A DNA stretch of 64,000 bases from a virus: the IMG/VR virus record IMGVR_UViG_3300043803_002519; one strand, 5' to 3'. The notes under the pieces are model-generated. The model ran no database searches and was not told where the DNA came from. It saw only the letters and a program-made list of their open reading frames with translations. The position numbers and the translations under genes are program-made. Positions 20,048 to 32,000 of this stretch are shown piece after piece. Position 1 is the first letter of the stretch; every line of letters begins with the position of its first letter.

Positions 20048-23000
20048 ATGCCGAGCCCGCGATCTCCCCAAGAAATCCTTGATGCGCTGGGGATGACCGA
20101 GGACGAGGTTCTCGGGCCCCTCCCGCCCAAGGACGCCGTCGAGCTCGCACCCGAGGACTACCGCGACCCGGAGGTCCTGCCCGTGGGCGAGGAGCCCCCG
20201 GAGGGTGGCGCGCGGACCCCGCGGGGTCGCATCGCCAAGGGCTACGCGAGTGCCGTCTACGAGGATGGGAACACTGCCCTCCGCTCGCTTCGCGGGGACG
20301 TGGCGGACCACCTCATCACCCAGGGGCTTGCCCCTGAAGACGCCAGGCTCACGGCCTACGAGGACACCCGGCACCTCGAGGCCACCGGCCACGTCGAGGA
20401 CAGCGAGGACGCGGCCGACGCCATCCGCGCGCGTGAGGGGGAGCCGACCGTCGGCAAGGCCCTCACCATGGCGGTCAACCGCGTCACCCCCATCGGGCTG
20501 GACCAGGGCCCGGAGGAGTGGGGTCGCCGCGTCCGCGAGAACGAGAAGGCCACCTGGGGCGAGCGGTCCGACGCGCTCGGCAAGGCCTTGCAGGGCGAGG
20601 AGATCACCGAGGCGGACGCCAAGGCGGCGGGCATTGACCTCCCGCTCGTGCAAGAGCTCAAGAAGGCCTACGTCTCCCACTTCGGGGAGATGGTCTACAC
20701 TGCCGGCTCGGCGGGCATCCTCCCGACCATCGGCTCCATCACGGGGCTGATTCCGGGCTGGAGCGACGTCGTCGAGCAGTCGGGCAAGAACCTCGAGGTG
20801 GCGAAGGAGGGGAAGAAGTATGTTACCTCCGAGGAGCTCGTCAAGATCGCCGCCTACGGCGGGGTCAACTCCCCCATCGGCGACGCCATCCCCTACATCG
20901 TGGATGCCGCGGTCGACTTCCATGACGTGGTCACCGGCGAGGACAAGCAGGGCAGGCTCCGCAGCGCGACCGGCGGGACCGTGGGGGACGTGTTCTGGGA
21001 CTTCGTCTCCAAGGGCCGGCACAACGAGAAGTTCGACCCCGCGGCCAAGGCCCTGTACGAAGAGGGGGATGTCGCTGGCTTGGGGCAGCTGGGCATGGTC
21101 GACATCCCTGAGCACGTTCCGGCGGTCAAGGTTGACCTGCCGACGTTGAAGAGCGCCGTGGAGGCGGGGGGTCTGCTGGCCGAGGCGCCCGAAGCAGATC
21201 GGTTCCGGGTGGGGATGTCCAGTGGTCTGTCCGACGAGGTGCTCCAGACCCTCGCTGACGCCATTCCTCTGGACGTGGTGCGCCGCGCGCAGCCGGACGC
21301 GGGCCCGACGTTGAAGTCCGTGCTCGCGGCCTACACGGCTCGCAAGAAGATTCAGGAGATCGTAGGCACCCCCGAGGCAGACGACGCCCTCAAGGTGGCC
21401 GCGGCCGCGCTCCACGACCGCGAGGTGCGGGAGGACGGCTCGGTGTACTTCGTGCCGTCCACCACGCAGAAGGTCCTGACCGCAATCAATGCGGCCGTGC
21501 CTCTCGTCATCGAGGCAGATGTTCCCGTTCTCGGGCCCGTCGCCGGCGTCTACGGGGGCGTGCTCAAGGCCATGGGCTTCGAGAAACTCGGGGGCATGGC
21601 GGAGTCGGCGAGGTTCCCGACGGCAGCTGGCAACGAGTCCATGGTCGCTTCCGGCGACTTCGATTGGGTCCTTGAGGGCATGGGCCTTCAGGGCAGCACC
21701 TCTTCCGAGCGTCGGCGCGACATCGGGGAGTCTCGGTACATCGACCGCGTGTTGGCCGACATGCAACTGCCCCAGTACCAGAACTGGGGCCTGAAGGAGC
21801 TCGGCCGCGACCTTGGGGTGAAGCCGGGCTCCACGGCGGACGTGGCCCTCGGGACCGCGGACCTTGGGGCGGACACCGTCGTGCCCTTCGAGGAGATGTT
21901 CCTCGGGCCCGCCGGCTCGGCGGTCACCATGGCCTCGCGCGCGGCGACGGCGGCGAAGCTCAGCAAGATGCTCGGGCGGAGCAACTCCCAGGCGGCACGC
22001 GTTGCGGTGCGAGCGGCGCTTCCCCAGTTCCTGGGCGGGTCGACGGATGCCGTCGCGGCCATGGACGCGGCCCTGCGGACGGCCGTCGCCGACTCGGTGG
22101 CGGCGGGCGAGGTGCTCTTCACGGTTGGCCGCGGCGAGGACGCCGTGAAGGGGACGCTCTCCAAGGAGGTCCAGCGTGCCGTCGGCAACCTCCTCGAGGA
22201 CGTGGGCATCCGCAAGGAGGACGTGTTTCGCACGGTCAACGACCTCTCCTTCGCGCAGAAGGCCAAGAACACCGTCATCGTGAAGGACTGGATGGCCCGG
22301 GGCACTCCCGAGCAGAAGGCCCTCCGCGAGACGGCGGAGTGGAAGGCGGTGCGACAGGGGCTGGAGGAGTCGGCCCCGCCAGAGGTCGTGGACGCTGGCA
22401 TGGCGCTCAACGAGTGGATGGCGCACCAGGCAGTGGTGCTGGGCGAGTTCCGCTCCCCCAAGGACTGGTTCGCCGCGCAGCGCGTGGGCAAGGCCATCGA
22501 CGGTGCCGCGCCTCCTCCGCCGCGCCCGACCACGGTCGCTGACGCCCTGCGCGCGGCCGCTACGGATGCGGACGGCGAAGTGTCGGCAATGGCTGCGCGC
22601 CTCTTGGCGATGAACCATCCGGCGGTGACGTCCGCCGCGCTCGACGTGGGCGTGGACCTCGGGCCCGGCGTGCACGGCCGCTACGACATCGCGGACAACC
22701 ACATCGTCCTGTCGCCGAGCGCGACCGCGAGCACCCTCGTCCACGAGGTGGCGCACGCGGTCACGGCCCACGCCCTTCGCAACGTCGACACCCTGTCGCC
22801 CGCCGGTCGCAAGGCGGTGGCGGACCTGCAGGCCCTGTACGCCAAGGCCTCGGAGTCCCCCGACCTGCAGGCCGTCGGCCTGGGTCTGGACAACCTCGAC
22901 GAGTTCATCGCTGAGGCCTACTCCAACCCGGCCTTCCGCGCGGCCTTGCGGAAGGTGAAGGTCACCCCCACCAAGAGCGCCTGGCGGGTGTTCGTCGACA

Positions 23001-26000
23001 CCGTGGGACAGCTCCTGGGTCTCAAGACCAAGCCTGAGCTCGACGCCCTCGACCGGACGCTGAGCAAGATCGAAGTCGTGGCCAAGGAGCGCGTGGTGCC
23101 GGGCCGCGGCGGAGGGTCTCTGGCTTCTCGGGCGGCGCTGGTCAAAGACCCGCCGGCCCCGGAGCCCCCCGACGTTCTTCCAGAGCGGCACCCCGCCGAC
23201 ACCTGGGCGGACGTCCGCGGTCCCATTGGGTGGTGGATGCCTCTCGACGAGGTCGAGTTCCGCATCGGTCAGATGGCGGAAGAGCACGCCATCTTCTTCG
23301 ACCGCGAGGGGCGCCAGATTGCGCGCTTCGGGCCGGAGGACACTCGTCGGGACGCCCCGGGGTACGATCCTGCCACCGCGTGCATCATCTACCCCAAGGC
23401 GCTGGACGACCTCGCGGCCTCGGGTGGCGGGGTCTACACCCACAACCACCCCAGCGGCAGCGCCCCGTCCATCGACGACGTTCTCGTGGCACGTCGCGGG
23501 AACGTGGACGCACTGCGCGCTGTCGCACGGAACGACGGATTCACCTGGGTCGTTCGCCGGCCAGAGGCGGGCTGGCCAGAGACCGATGTGTTGCGAAGGG
23601 CGTGGAAGGACCTCGCGCACACCGTGTACCTGTCTGCCAAGAAGCGCATGGACGCCCGCATCAAGGCTGCGGGGGGGAACCTCTGGGAGGGCGACCGGGC
23701 GGCTGGCTTCTCTGAAACCGTATGGAAGGAGTACCTCACGAATGGCTACGACACCCACTGGGCCGAATACTTCGGGGACCTTGGCATCGTCCTCGAGCGG
23801 GAACGGCACCCCCATCTTGGTCAACTCGGACTGGACGCCCCGGTACGGGGAGCCGCTGGTGCTCCCGGAGCCGGACCCGCAGTTGCTGGAGCCACCGAAG
23901 CGGCCCGCTACCCCGCCGTCGGAGTAGGCGAGCAGGGCAGGCTGTTCTCCCGTGCTGCGCCGGAAGGCGGCACTGTTCGGAAGGGCCGGCTGGGTTCGGA
24001 CCTCCCCCGACTGCTGGACCTGCTCGGAGCGAGCATGTACTCCAAGCCGCTCGCAGAGGTGGCTGTCAAGGAGTTGGTGCAGAACGCATTCGATGCAATC
24101 AAGGCCACTGCCCGCACGGATGGGCAGATTCACGTCACCCTGAACGCCCAGGAGCGCACCCTCTCGGTGGCGGACAACGGCAAGGGGATGACCCCGGAAG
24201 TCGTGCAGGACGCGCTGTTCACGGTCGGAGGAACCAACAAGGAGGGGCTCGCCGTGGGAGACCGCTCGGGCGGGCTGGGGTTGGCCAAGATGGCCTTCCT
24301 GTTCGGGTCCGAGTGGGTCGATGTGGACACGGTGCATGGGGGGGTTCGCACCCGCGTTCACGCCACGTCGGCGCAGATCAAGGCCTCCGACTTTGACATC
24401 GTGACTGAGCCTGCCCCCGGCGCGCCCAACGGAACCAATGTCACTCTCAAGATTCCGGAGACGTACCGAGACCCTGCCTCTGGAGCGGACCGCACCATCT
24501 ACCTCTTCAAGGAGCAGATGACGAGCGAGCAGGGGTCGGGGGTGCTGGACAGGCCGCTTTTCGGGAACGTCGAGGTCCTGTTCACGGAGGTTCCGCGGTA
24601 CGGAACGCCGTCAACCGCCACGCTGCCCGTTGGCAGGAACACTGACCCGCTCGCAACCCCCCTCCTGACCCGCGCAGCGTTCGACTGGGGCTCCGCGGAC
24701 GTCTACATGGGGGACGCCCGGAAGAAGTACCCCCGGCACCGAGTACTGTCTGCGGGACTGCATCAGTTTGATACTGCCATTCTCGCAGGTAACGAGCGCA
24801 TCCCCTACGACATCGTAGTTGACATTCGCCCGGGAGTGGACCCGCTCCACCCACACTACCCGTTCAACAACCAGCGGGAGGGGTGGCGCGGTACGGTCGA
24901 GGCCGACGTCAAGGCCCTGAACGGCTACATCGCCAAGCACTCCAGCGGCCGCGCCGCCGCAGAGACGTCGGACGTGTTCAAGGGGGCCGTCACGATGCCC
25001 CGTGTGGCGCCCGACGACCTGGATGTCGGAGCGGCCGCTCCCGCGGCTGTGAAGGCGTTTGCGCCGAAGGCTCCCCCTTCTCCACCCCCCGAGGGCGCCG
25101 CGGCCCCGAGGGCGCCCGACGTAATCAAGATCAGCGCCGGCGCTGTGGCCCCTTCGGTATCGGAGCGGGCGGCCCCAGACAGCTTCCGTCCCGAGAGGGC
25201 GGCCCCCGACCTTCAGTCCTTCGTCGGGTCCGTGGCCGTGGACCCCCTGAAGCCGCTCTTCCACAACAACACGGGAGTCGACTACATCGGCGCGGTGCGG
25301 GCGGCGCTGCCTGGCGCCGAGCCCGAGCGGTTCCTCGCGGAGATGGGGTCGCTGGTCCTCGACTTCAAGGAGGCCGCGGCCAAGCAGGACAAGTACGGTC
25401 TGGCCGATCTGGTCTCGTTGGAGAACCCCTACGCTGCAGGCATCTCCATCGACAAGGACTACCGAGGGGTTCACGTCAAGGTCCCGTACCGCGCGTTCTT
25501 CCTGAATCCCCTCGCGGCCACCAACGAGACCGCGTCGGGCCTTGCGGAGAGCATGCTCCACACGCTGGTCCACGAAGTGGCGCACACGACCGTGATGGCG
25601 CACAACGAGAACTTCGCTCTCGCGCTGGCGGACGTTTACGACCGGCTCGGAGACTCCGGGGACACAGACATCTTCCGGGCGCGGCTGCGGAAAATACTGA
25701 CGCGGCACCAAGACACCTTCAACGAGATGAGGCGCATCTATGACAGCCCCCGCACAAGCAATCTCCGAGGCGCTCTGGAAAACGGCGAGCAGCTTTCCAC
25801 CCGAGGAGCGCCCGGCCCAGGTGAAGGCGGCCCTGGAGCAGCACCTGGAGATGCTGCAGCAGTCGGGGGGCTCGACGGAGATGCAGGCCCCGCTCGTCGA
25901 GGCGTTGGAGAGCCTTCTGCTCGAGAACTGATCGAGGCGGCTCTGCCGGGTCTCTCCGGGCACGGGAACGCCGCGCGGCCGGGTCCGCTCTACTCCCGCG

Positions 26001-29000
26001 CGGCCCCGGCCCCCTCGGCAGTCCCGAAGCCGTCGCTTCCTGAACCCACCGACGAGGTGCGTCGAGCGCATCAAGCCCTCGTCGTCAAGCGACTGCTGTC
26101 GCCGAGCGCAGAGACGCGCGCGGCGCACCAGGCGTACCAGGCGGAGCACCCCGAGGTGCTTGCATGGGCGGAGTACCGGGCGGCTGTCGCCGACGCAGAG
26201 TTGGCTCAAGCGCGCGAAGCTGCCCGCGCGGAGTACGAGGCCGGAGCCCCCGCCCGTCAGGCTGCAGCGGACGCGAAGGCGGCACGGTATGCGGACGCGA
26301 AGGCGACCGGAAAGAAGCTGCCCCCGGAAGAGCGGGCGATGAATCGTCGCGAGTGGTTCGGGGACTCCGCGGTGACGACCACGGGCGAGGCCGGTGGGAA
26401 GCCGCTGGTCGTCACGCACGAGTCGCCGTCAAAGTTCTCGGAGTTCCGGGCAGGGGAGTTCGGCTTTCACTTCGGGGTCGGCATCCCCGACGGGATGTTC
26501 GGCAGCAACCGGGTGTCGGGGCTGCTCCGCATCAACAACCCGATGCGGATGGCTGACCTCGGGGTGTGGACGCCGGAGCGGGTCCTTGCGGAGGGCGGGT
26601 TCAGCACCGCGGAGCAACCGCGCCTGCTGGCGGAGGTTGAACGGATTCGGGCGGAGGCGGACGCGCCGACGAAGGCCATGGTCGCGAAAGCACGGGCTTC
26701 TGGAGACGTGGCCACGGCCGAGAAGTGGCAGGCCCTCTTGGAAGATGGCAGCGATGCGGCGACCTTCCGCGACCGCCGCGGGAACTACCTGGCGAGCCGG
26801 CCGGTGCATGACGCCCTCCGCGAGAAGGGCTACGACGGCATCGTGTACCGCAACGAGGCGGAGGGGGTCGACGACTCCTACATCGCCTTCGAGCCGCAGC
26901 AGTTCAAGTCGAACAAGAACGTCGGGACCTACGACGCCACCGACCCCCGCTTCCTGTACAGCCGCGCCGCGCCAGCCCGCGCCGCCGAGGAGGCGGCCGA
27001 GCCCCTGCCCGTGTTTCGATCTCCTGCCGCCACAGAGCAGCGCTGGCATCGGATTGGCGACGACCATCAGTACACCGAGTTGACCATCTCCCCTGAGGGG
27101 GCGCTGGACCCGTCGTTGCCGAGCTACGCGAAGCGGGGAAGGATGTCCAGCGGTCGCGGGACAGGGTTCGCCTCTGGCATGTACGCATTCGCTGACGCGC
27201 GCCAGGGGACGGTTCCCGTTCTCCCCGCCCGGAACCCCCTGACGCTTCGGTCGTGGGGGCTTGAGGTGCCCAACGCGGCGGCCGAGTTCCAGCGGGATGC
27301 GTCGTCTCTCCTGTTCCTCGCGGAGCGCCTTCGCGACCTGTCTCCGGCGAAGCGCGCAGAGGCCATCGATCTGTTGCGCGCGAGGGTGTCCTCCTCCTTC
27401 GAGGAAGTGTACGACGCCGAGAAGCGCCTTGCCTCCCCCGAGTTCGGCATTGGTCGGGGTGTGTTTGGCGGGGAGCCCAAGTTCCCGTCCGACCTCGCGA
27501 CCGCCCTTGACCCCCTCCTCTCGCGCTGGCGGAGGGTGGGTGTGCCTGCGGGCCTCGACGGAGCCGGCACGGTGGACGCGCTGATCGATGCGGCGGCGAC
27601 GTGGGGCAAGCACCAGCATGTCCACCCGGTGAACATCCTGCTGAGTCGAATGGGCCACGACGGCATCGAATGGGCGGGAGGGGCGCTCAAGGAAGGCAAC
27701 ACCGGCGCCCACGGCTTCGTCAAGTTCCCGCCCATCACCGCAGACGGCGCTCTCGTTGACGTCGTTCCAGACCCTCGTCATGGCTACGCGGTGACGCACG
27801 GTGGGCGCGACCCGCGGGTGCTGTACTCCCGCGCCGCGCCAGCCCGCGCCGCCGAGTACCGCGGTGTAGACGGCAAGCCCCGCACCGCCACCATGTTCAG
27901 CGGCGGTGGGCTGGTCGAGGCGGGTCTCCGCAAGTACATCGACCCGGTGTTCGCGGTCGAGGTGAGCCCTGAGATCGGAGCCGCGTACAAGGCGGCCCAC
28001 GGCGACCACGTCCGCATCGACGACGTCCGCAACGTCGACCTCGGCGAGGCTGGCGACGTGGACTACCTGCACGCCTCCCCGGTCTGCAAGAACTTCAGCG
28101 CCGCCAAAGCCGTCACGGAGTCCGGTGAGCAGCCCCTGGACCTTGAGACGGCTCGGGCCACCGCCGACGCCGTCCACCGCACCCAGCCCGCGGTCTTCAC
28201 GCTGGAGAACGTGCGGGGCTACCAGGGCACCGAGGCCATGGGGCTGGTCGAAGCCGCGCTCCGCGAGGAGGGCTACACCTTCGACGCCAACGTCTACGAC
28301 GCGGCCGACTACGGCGCGGCCACCCGACGCAAGCGTCTGCTGCTCCGGGCGGTGAAGGACGGGGACCTCCCCCCGGTCCCGGCGCCCACGCACGGGCCCG
28401 GCCGGGCGCAGCCCTACGCCGACTGGTACGCCGCCGTTGAGGACCTCGTAGATGACCTGCCCGACGACGTGGTCCCCCCGTGGATGCGACGGCGCCTCGA
28501 GGCGGCGGGGATCGATCCCGACGCGCCGGCGAAGCCCACCATCGTCATGGGCGGCAGCGCTGGGAAGAACGTGCCCTACGCGGAAGCGGGGGGGCCTGCC
28601 CCCACGTTCAAGGCCACGCCGGGCGAAGCGCACCGCATCATCTTCCCCGACGGGCGGGTCAAGCGGGTCACGCCCCGCGCAGCCGCTCGCATCACGGGCC
28701 TGCCTGACGACTACCCGCTGCCCACCAAGAACGCGACGGCGACGACGGTCATCGGCAACGGCGTGCCCCCGGCCCTGAGCGAGGCGGTGTTCGCGCCGCT
28801 CTTGGCGGGCGACCATGTGCCGGGGACGCTCTACTCCCGCGCGGCGCCTATTGAAGACGCCGCGCCCGGCATCGTGGCCCTCCGCAAATACATGCTGGAT
28901 GCGGCCGGCGACGATACGGCGTTCGACGCCAAGGTCTACGCTGAGCGCAAGCAGGTCTGCGCGTTGACCGGGCACTGCAACGCGGCGGCGTACATCGTTC

Positions 29001-32000
29001 AGAAGCGCTACGGCGGCGAGCTTCTGAGTGCGAAAGTCGACGGCGAAACGCATGTATGGAACCGGCTCGCCGACGGCACCGAGATCGACCTCACCGGTTC
29101 GCAGTACGGCGGGGACGGGTTTCACCCGGTAGCGAAGAATGGAAAGGTGGTGCCACTGCGATCCACGGTGAACCCGCGGTTTGCAGCGTTTGAAGACCGC
29201 GTGGCCGCTGCGGAGCTGCGCGCTGCGCGCGACCCTCGGTTCCTCTACTCCCGCGCCCCCGGCAACCAGACCGACACGCCCGCCTTCCAGCGCTTCATCG
29301 AGGGCACCAAGGCCGTGGACGAGGACGGCGCGCCGAAGCGGCTGTACCACGGCACCACGCACGACTTCGAGGCCTTCGACGCGCAGAGTGGGAACGTCGA
29401 GAACCACCACGGCCGTGGCATCTACCTGACCTCGTCGGAAGGCGACGTCGGGTCCAACTACGCCACCCGCGAGGGGCCCGACCTCAAGAGCCGCATCGAG
29501 TCCCAGATGGAGTCCCTCCTCGACGTCTGGGACGACCCCAGCGTGGCGCAGGACTTCGTCGAGCGGTGGCTGGAGGCGCACCCTGAGCGCGCCGCCGAGG
29601 GCGAGCGGCTGGTCCAGGTGCTGGACGACGGGGGGAACCCCGACGCGAATCTCTTGCAGGAGATCACTCGGTGGGTAGCCGAGCAGGAGATTGCTGGCTC
29701 GCACGGGGGCGCAGTCCTGCCCGTCTACGCCGCCATCAAGAACCCCGTCGATTTGCGGCCCGGCAAGGTGACACGCTTCGACATCGAGACGAAGTGGTCC
29801 GAGGACGGTGAGGACTTCCTCGGCGAGACCGGGGCCGGCGTGGAGGCCATCGACGCCATCCGCCGCATGGCCAACTCCTCCGACACGGCGGACCTGATCA
29901 TCGAGGCGCTCGGGGACATCTCCGAAGGGTTCGACGCCGCTGACCTCGAGCGCGCAGTGCGGGACAACTCCATCGAGTTCCTCGACGACGACTCTTCAGC
30001 GGGGCAGTTCCTTCAGGACGTCTACCGCGAGCTGGGCTTCGACGGCATCGTCATCGACGCCTACAAGACCTTCGGCCCCCGGCGCGCAGGGTGGGGGGTA
30101 AACCTCCCCGGCATGGCGGGGCTGACCCCCGGCACGGAGCACTGGGTCGCCTTCGAGCCCACCCAGGTCAAGTCCGCCACGGGCAACCGCGGCACGTTCG
30201 ACCCGAAGGACAAGCGCCTCTTGTACAGCCGCGCGCCTGACGGCCCGACGTGGACCGCCGAGCCCCCGCCCCCGGGCGACAAGGTCCCCGGCATCGTCGA
30301 CAACCCCGCCCACGCGGCTTGGTCCAAGACGAAGCGTGACCTTGCGAAGGATGTCGCGGACCTCGAGGACGCGGAGCTATCCGCGTGGTGGGAGCACTAC
30401 GGGCCCTCTCCGGACGCGCCGACGGTCGCGCCCAGGCCGAAGAACTTCGCCGAGGCTCAGGCCTACTGGACCGAGCACGGCGACGACCCGGCGGAGTTCC
30501 CCGAGCCCTCCCCCGAGCTCTCTGCGAAGCTGCAGGCCCTCGACGATGCCAACGCCGCGCCCGAGCCCTCGCGCACCACCGCAGGCTTGGTGAACGACCC
30601 GGCCCGCGTCATCGTCCGCTACTTCAAGACCGCCAACATGCAGGCCCTGCTCGAGCAGAACGCTCAGGTCATCCGCATGCTGCTCGGGGAGAAGTGGGCG
30701 GGCGACCTCATGCGCTTCTTCGACCACGAGGTCGACACAGCCTCCGGCCAGGTGCGCCTCACGAAGAAGGGCGAGGAGCAGTTCAACGTGGCCCTCGCCC
30801 GCGTCCTGCGCGGCGACCTCGCGCCCCGCGGCCGGGTGCGGGCGTACTTCGAAGAGCTCCGCGATGCGCTGAGCGACATCTGGCTGAACCTCCGCGGCAA
30901 GCCCATGTCGCTGCCCCCCGGCTTCCGCCAGTGGTGGGACGCCACCCTCGACCCGGCCAAGCACCTCCGCGCCCGGGTGAAGGTCTCCGACGAACGCTTC
31001 GGGCGCCAGCCGCTCGAGGTCAACGTCACCGTGAAGGCGAACGACCCCGACGCTCCCCCGCCGCCGGACCCCACGCGCCTCGGGCGGGAGCTCGCCGACG
31101 TCACGGACGTCATCTACCGAGAGGACTTCAAGCGCGCCAACGCTCTGCACGAGTACTGGAACCTGCCCCTGACGCCCGGGCAGAAGCGCCACGCCCTCGG
31201 CATCCTGGGCAGCGACACCGACGTGGATGCTGTCGAGGCCGTGGCCAAGGCCATCGCGCTCCTCGGCACGACGCAGGCCCGCCGCCGCTGGGGCTTCTCC
31301 GGCAAGGTGGTGCGGGTGGGTCGGCGCAGCCAGGTCTCCGAAGACCGCAAGGAGAGCGTGCTGAAGCGCGCCCGCGAGGCCTTGCACGGGGCCATCGGCG
31401 GCGACGTGGTGGCCGCTCCCGACGGCGGGGTGACCCTCACCCCCGAGCAGGCCAAGGGCCTCGCCGCACACCTCGACCACCTCGTGGACGCCGGGTGGGG
31501 CGAGCAGCTGCCGGACGAGTTGATCAGTCCGCAGAAGGACCTCACCAAGCTGACCGAGCAGGAGTGGTCGGACATCGCCAACACCACGGTCGACGACGTG
31601 GCGGGCCCTGGCAGCTACCGCGACCGCCAGGCCGACCGGGTCGTGGGCAACGCCGCGGAGAGCCTCCTCGGCCGCGCGGTCGACGCACTGTCCACCGTGC
31701 CCATCTTCAACGGCGTGCGCCGGAAGCTGACCGAGGCCTTCGACACGACCTTCGCCGGCAGCAAGAACATCAACCCCGCCGTGGCCGAGGTGGTGGACGG
31801 GTGGCGTCGCGAGTTCAGCGACGTGGCATCCCAGATTGCCCGCCTTCGTGAGCATGTTCGCGCGGGCACTGCAGACGAGACGGCCGAAGTCCTGATTCGG
31901 AAGATTGCCAAGGAACTGCCCGCCGTGGGCCCCGACCCCAAGGTGGTCGACGACCTGGTGGTGCTGAACCGCGCCCTCAACCCTGAGGGGGACGTCACGC

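Noticed and set aside
19775-24361. 1528-aa minus-strand ORF antisense to the start of the giant gene
   Set aside because: The plus-strand frame carries coherent enzyme motifs (HEVAH, JAB, GHKL). The minus frame is low-complexity Arg/Gly/Pro/Leu-rich sequence. The same reasoning applies to 26429-29704 (1091 aa), 32036-34537 (833 aa) and 30377-31855.
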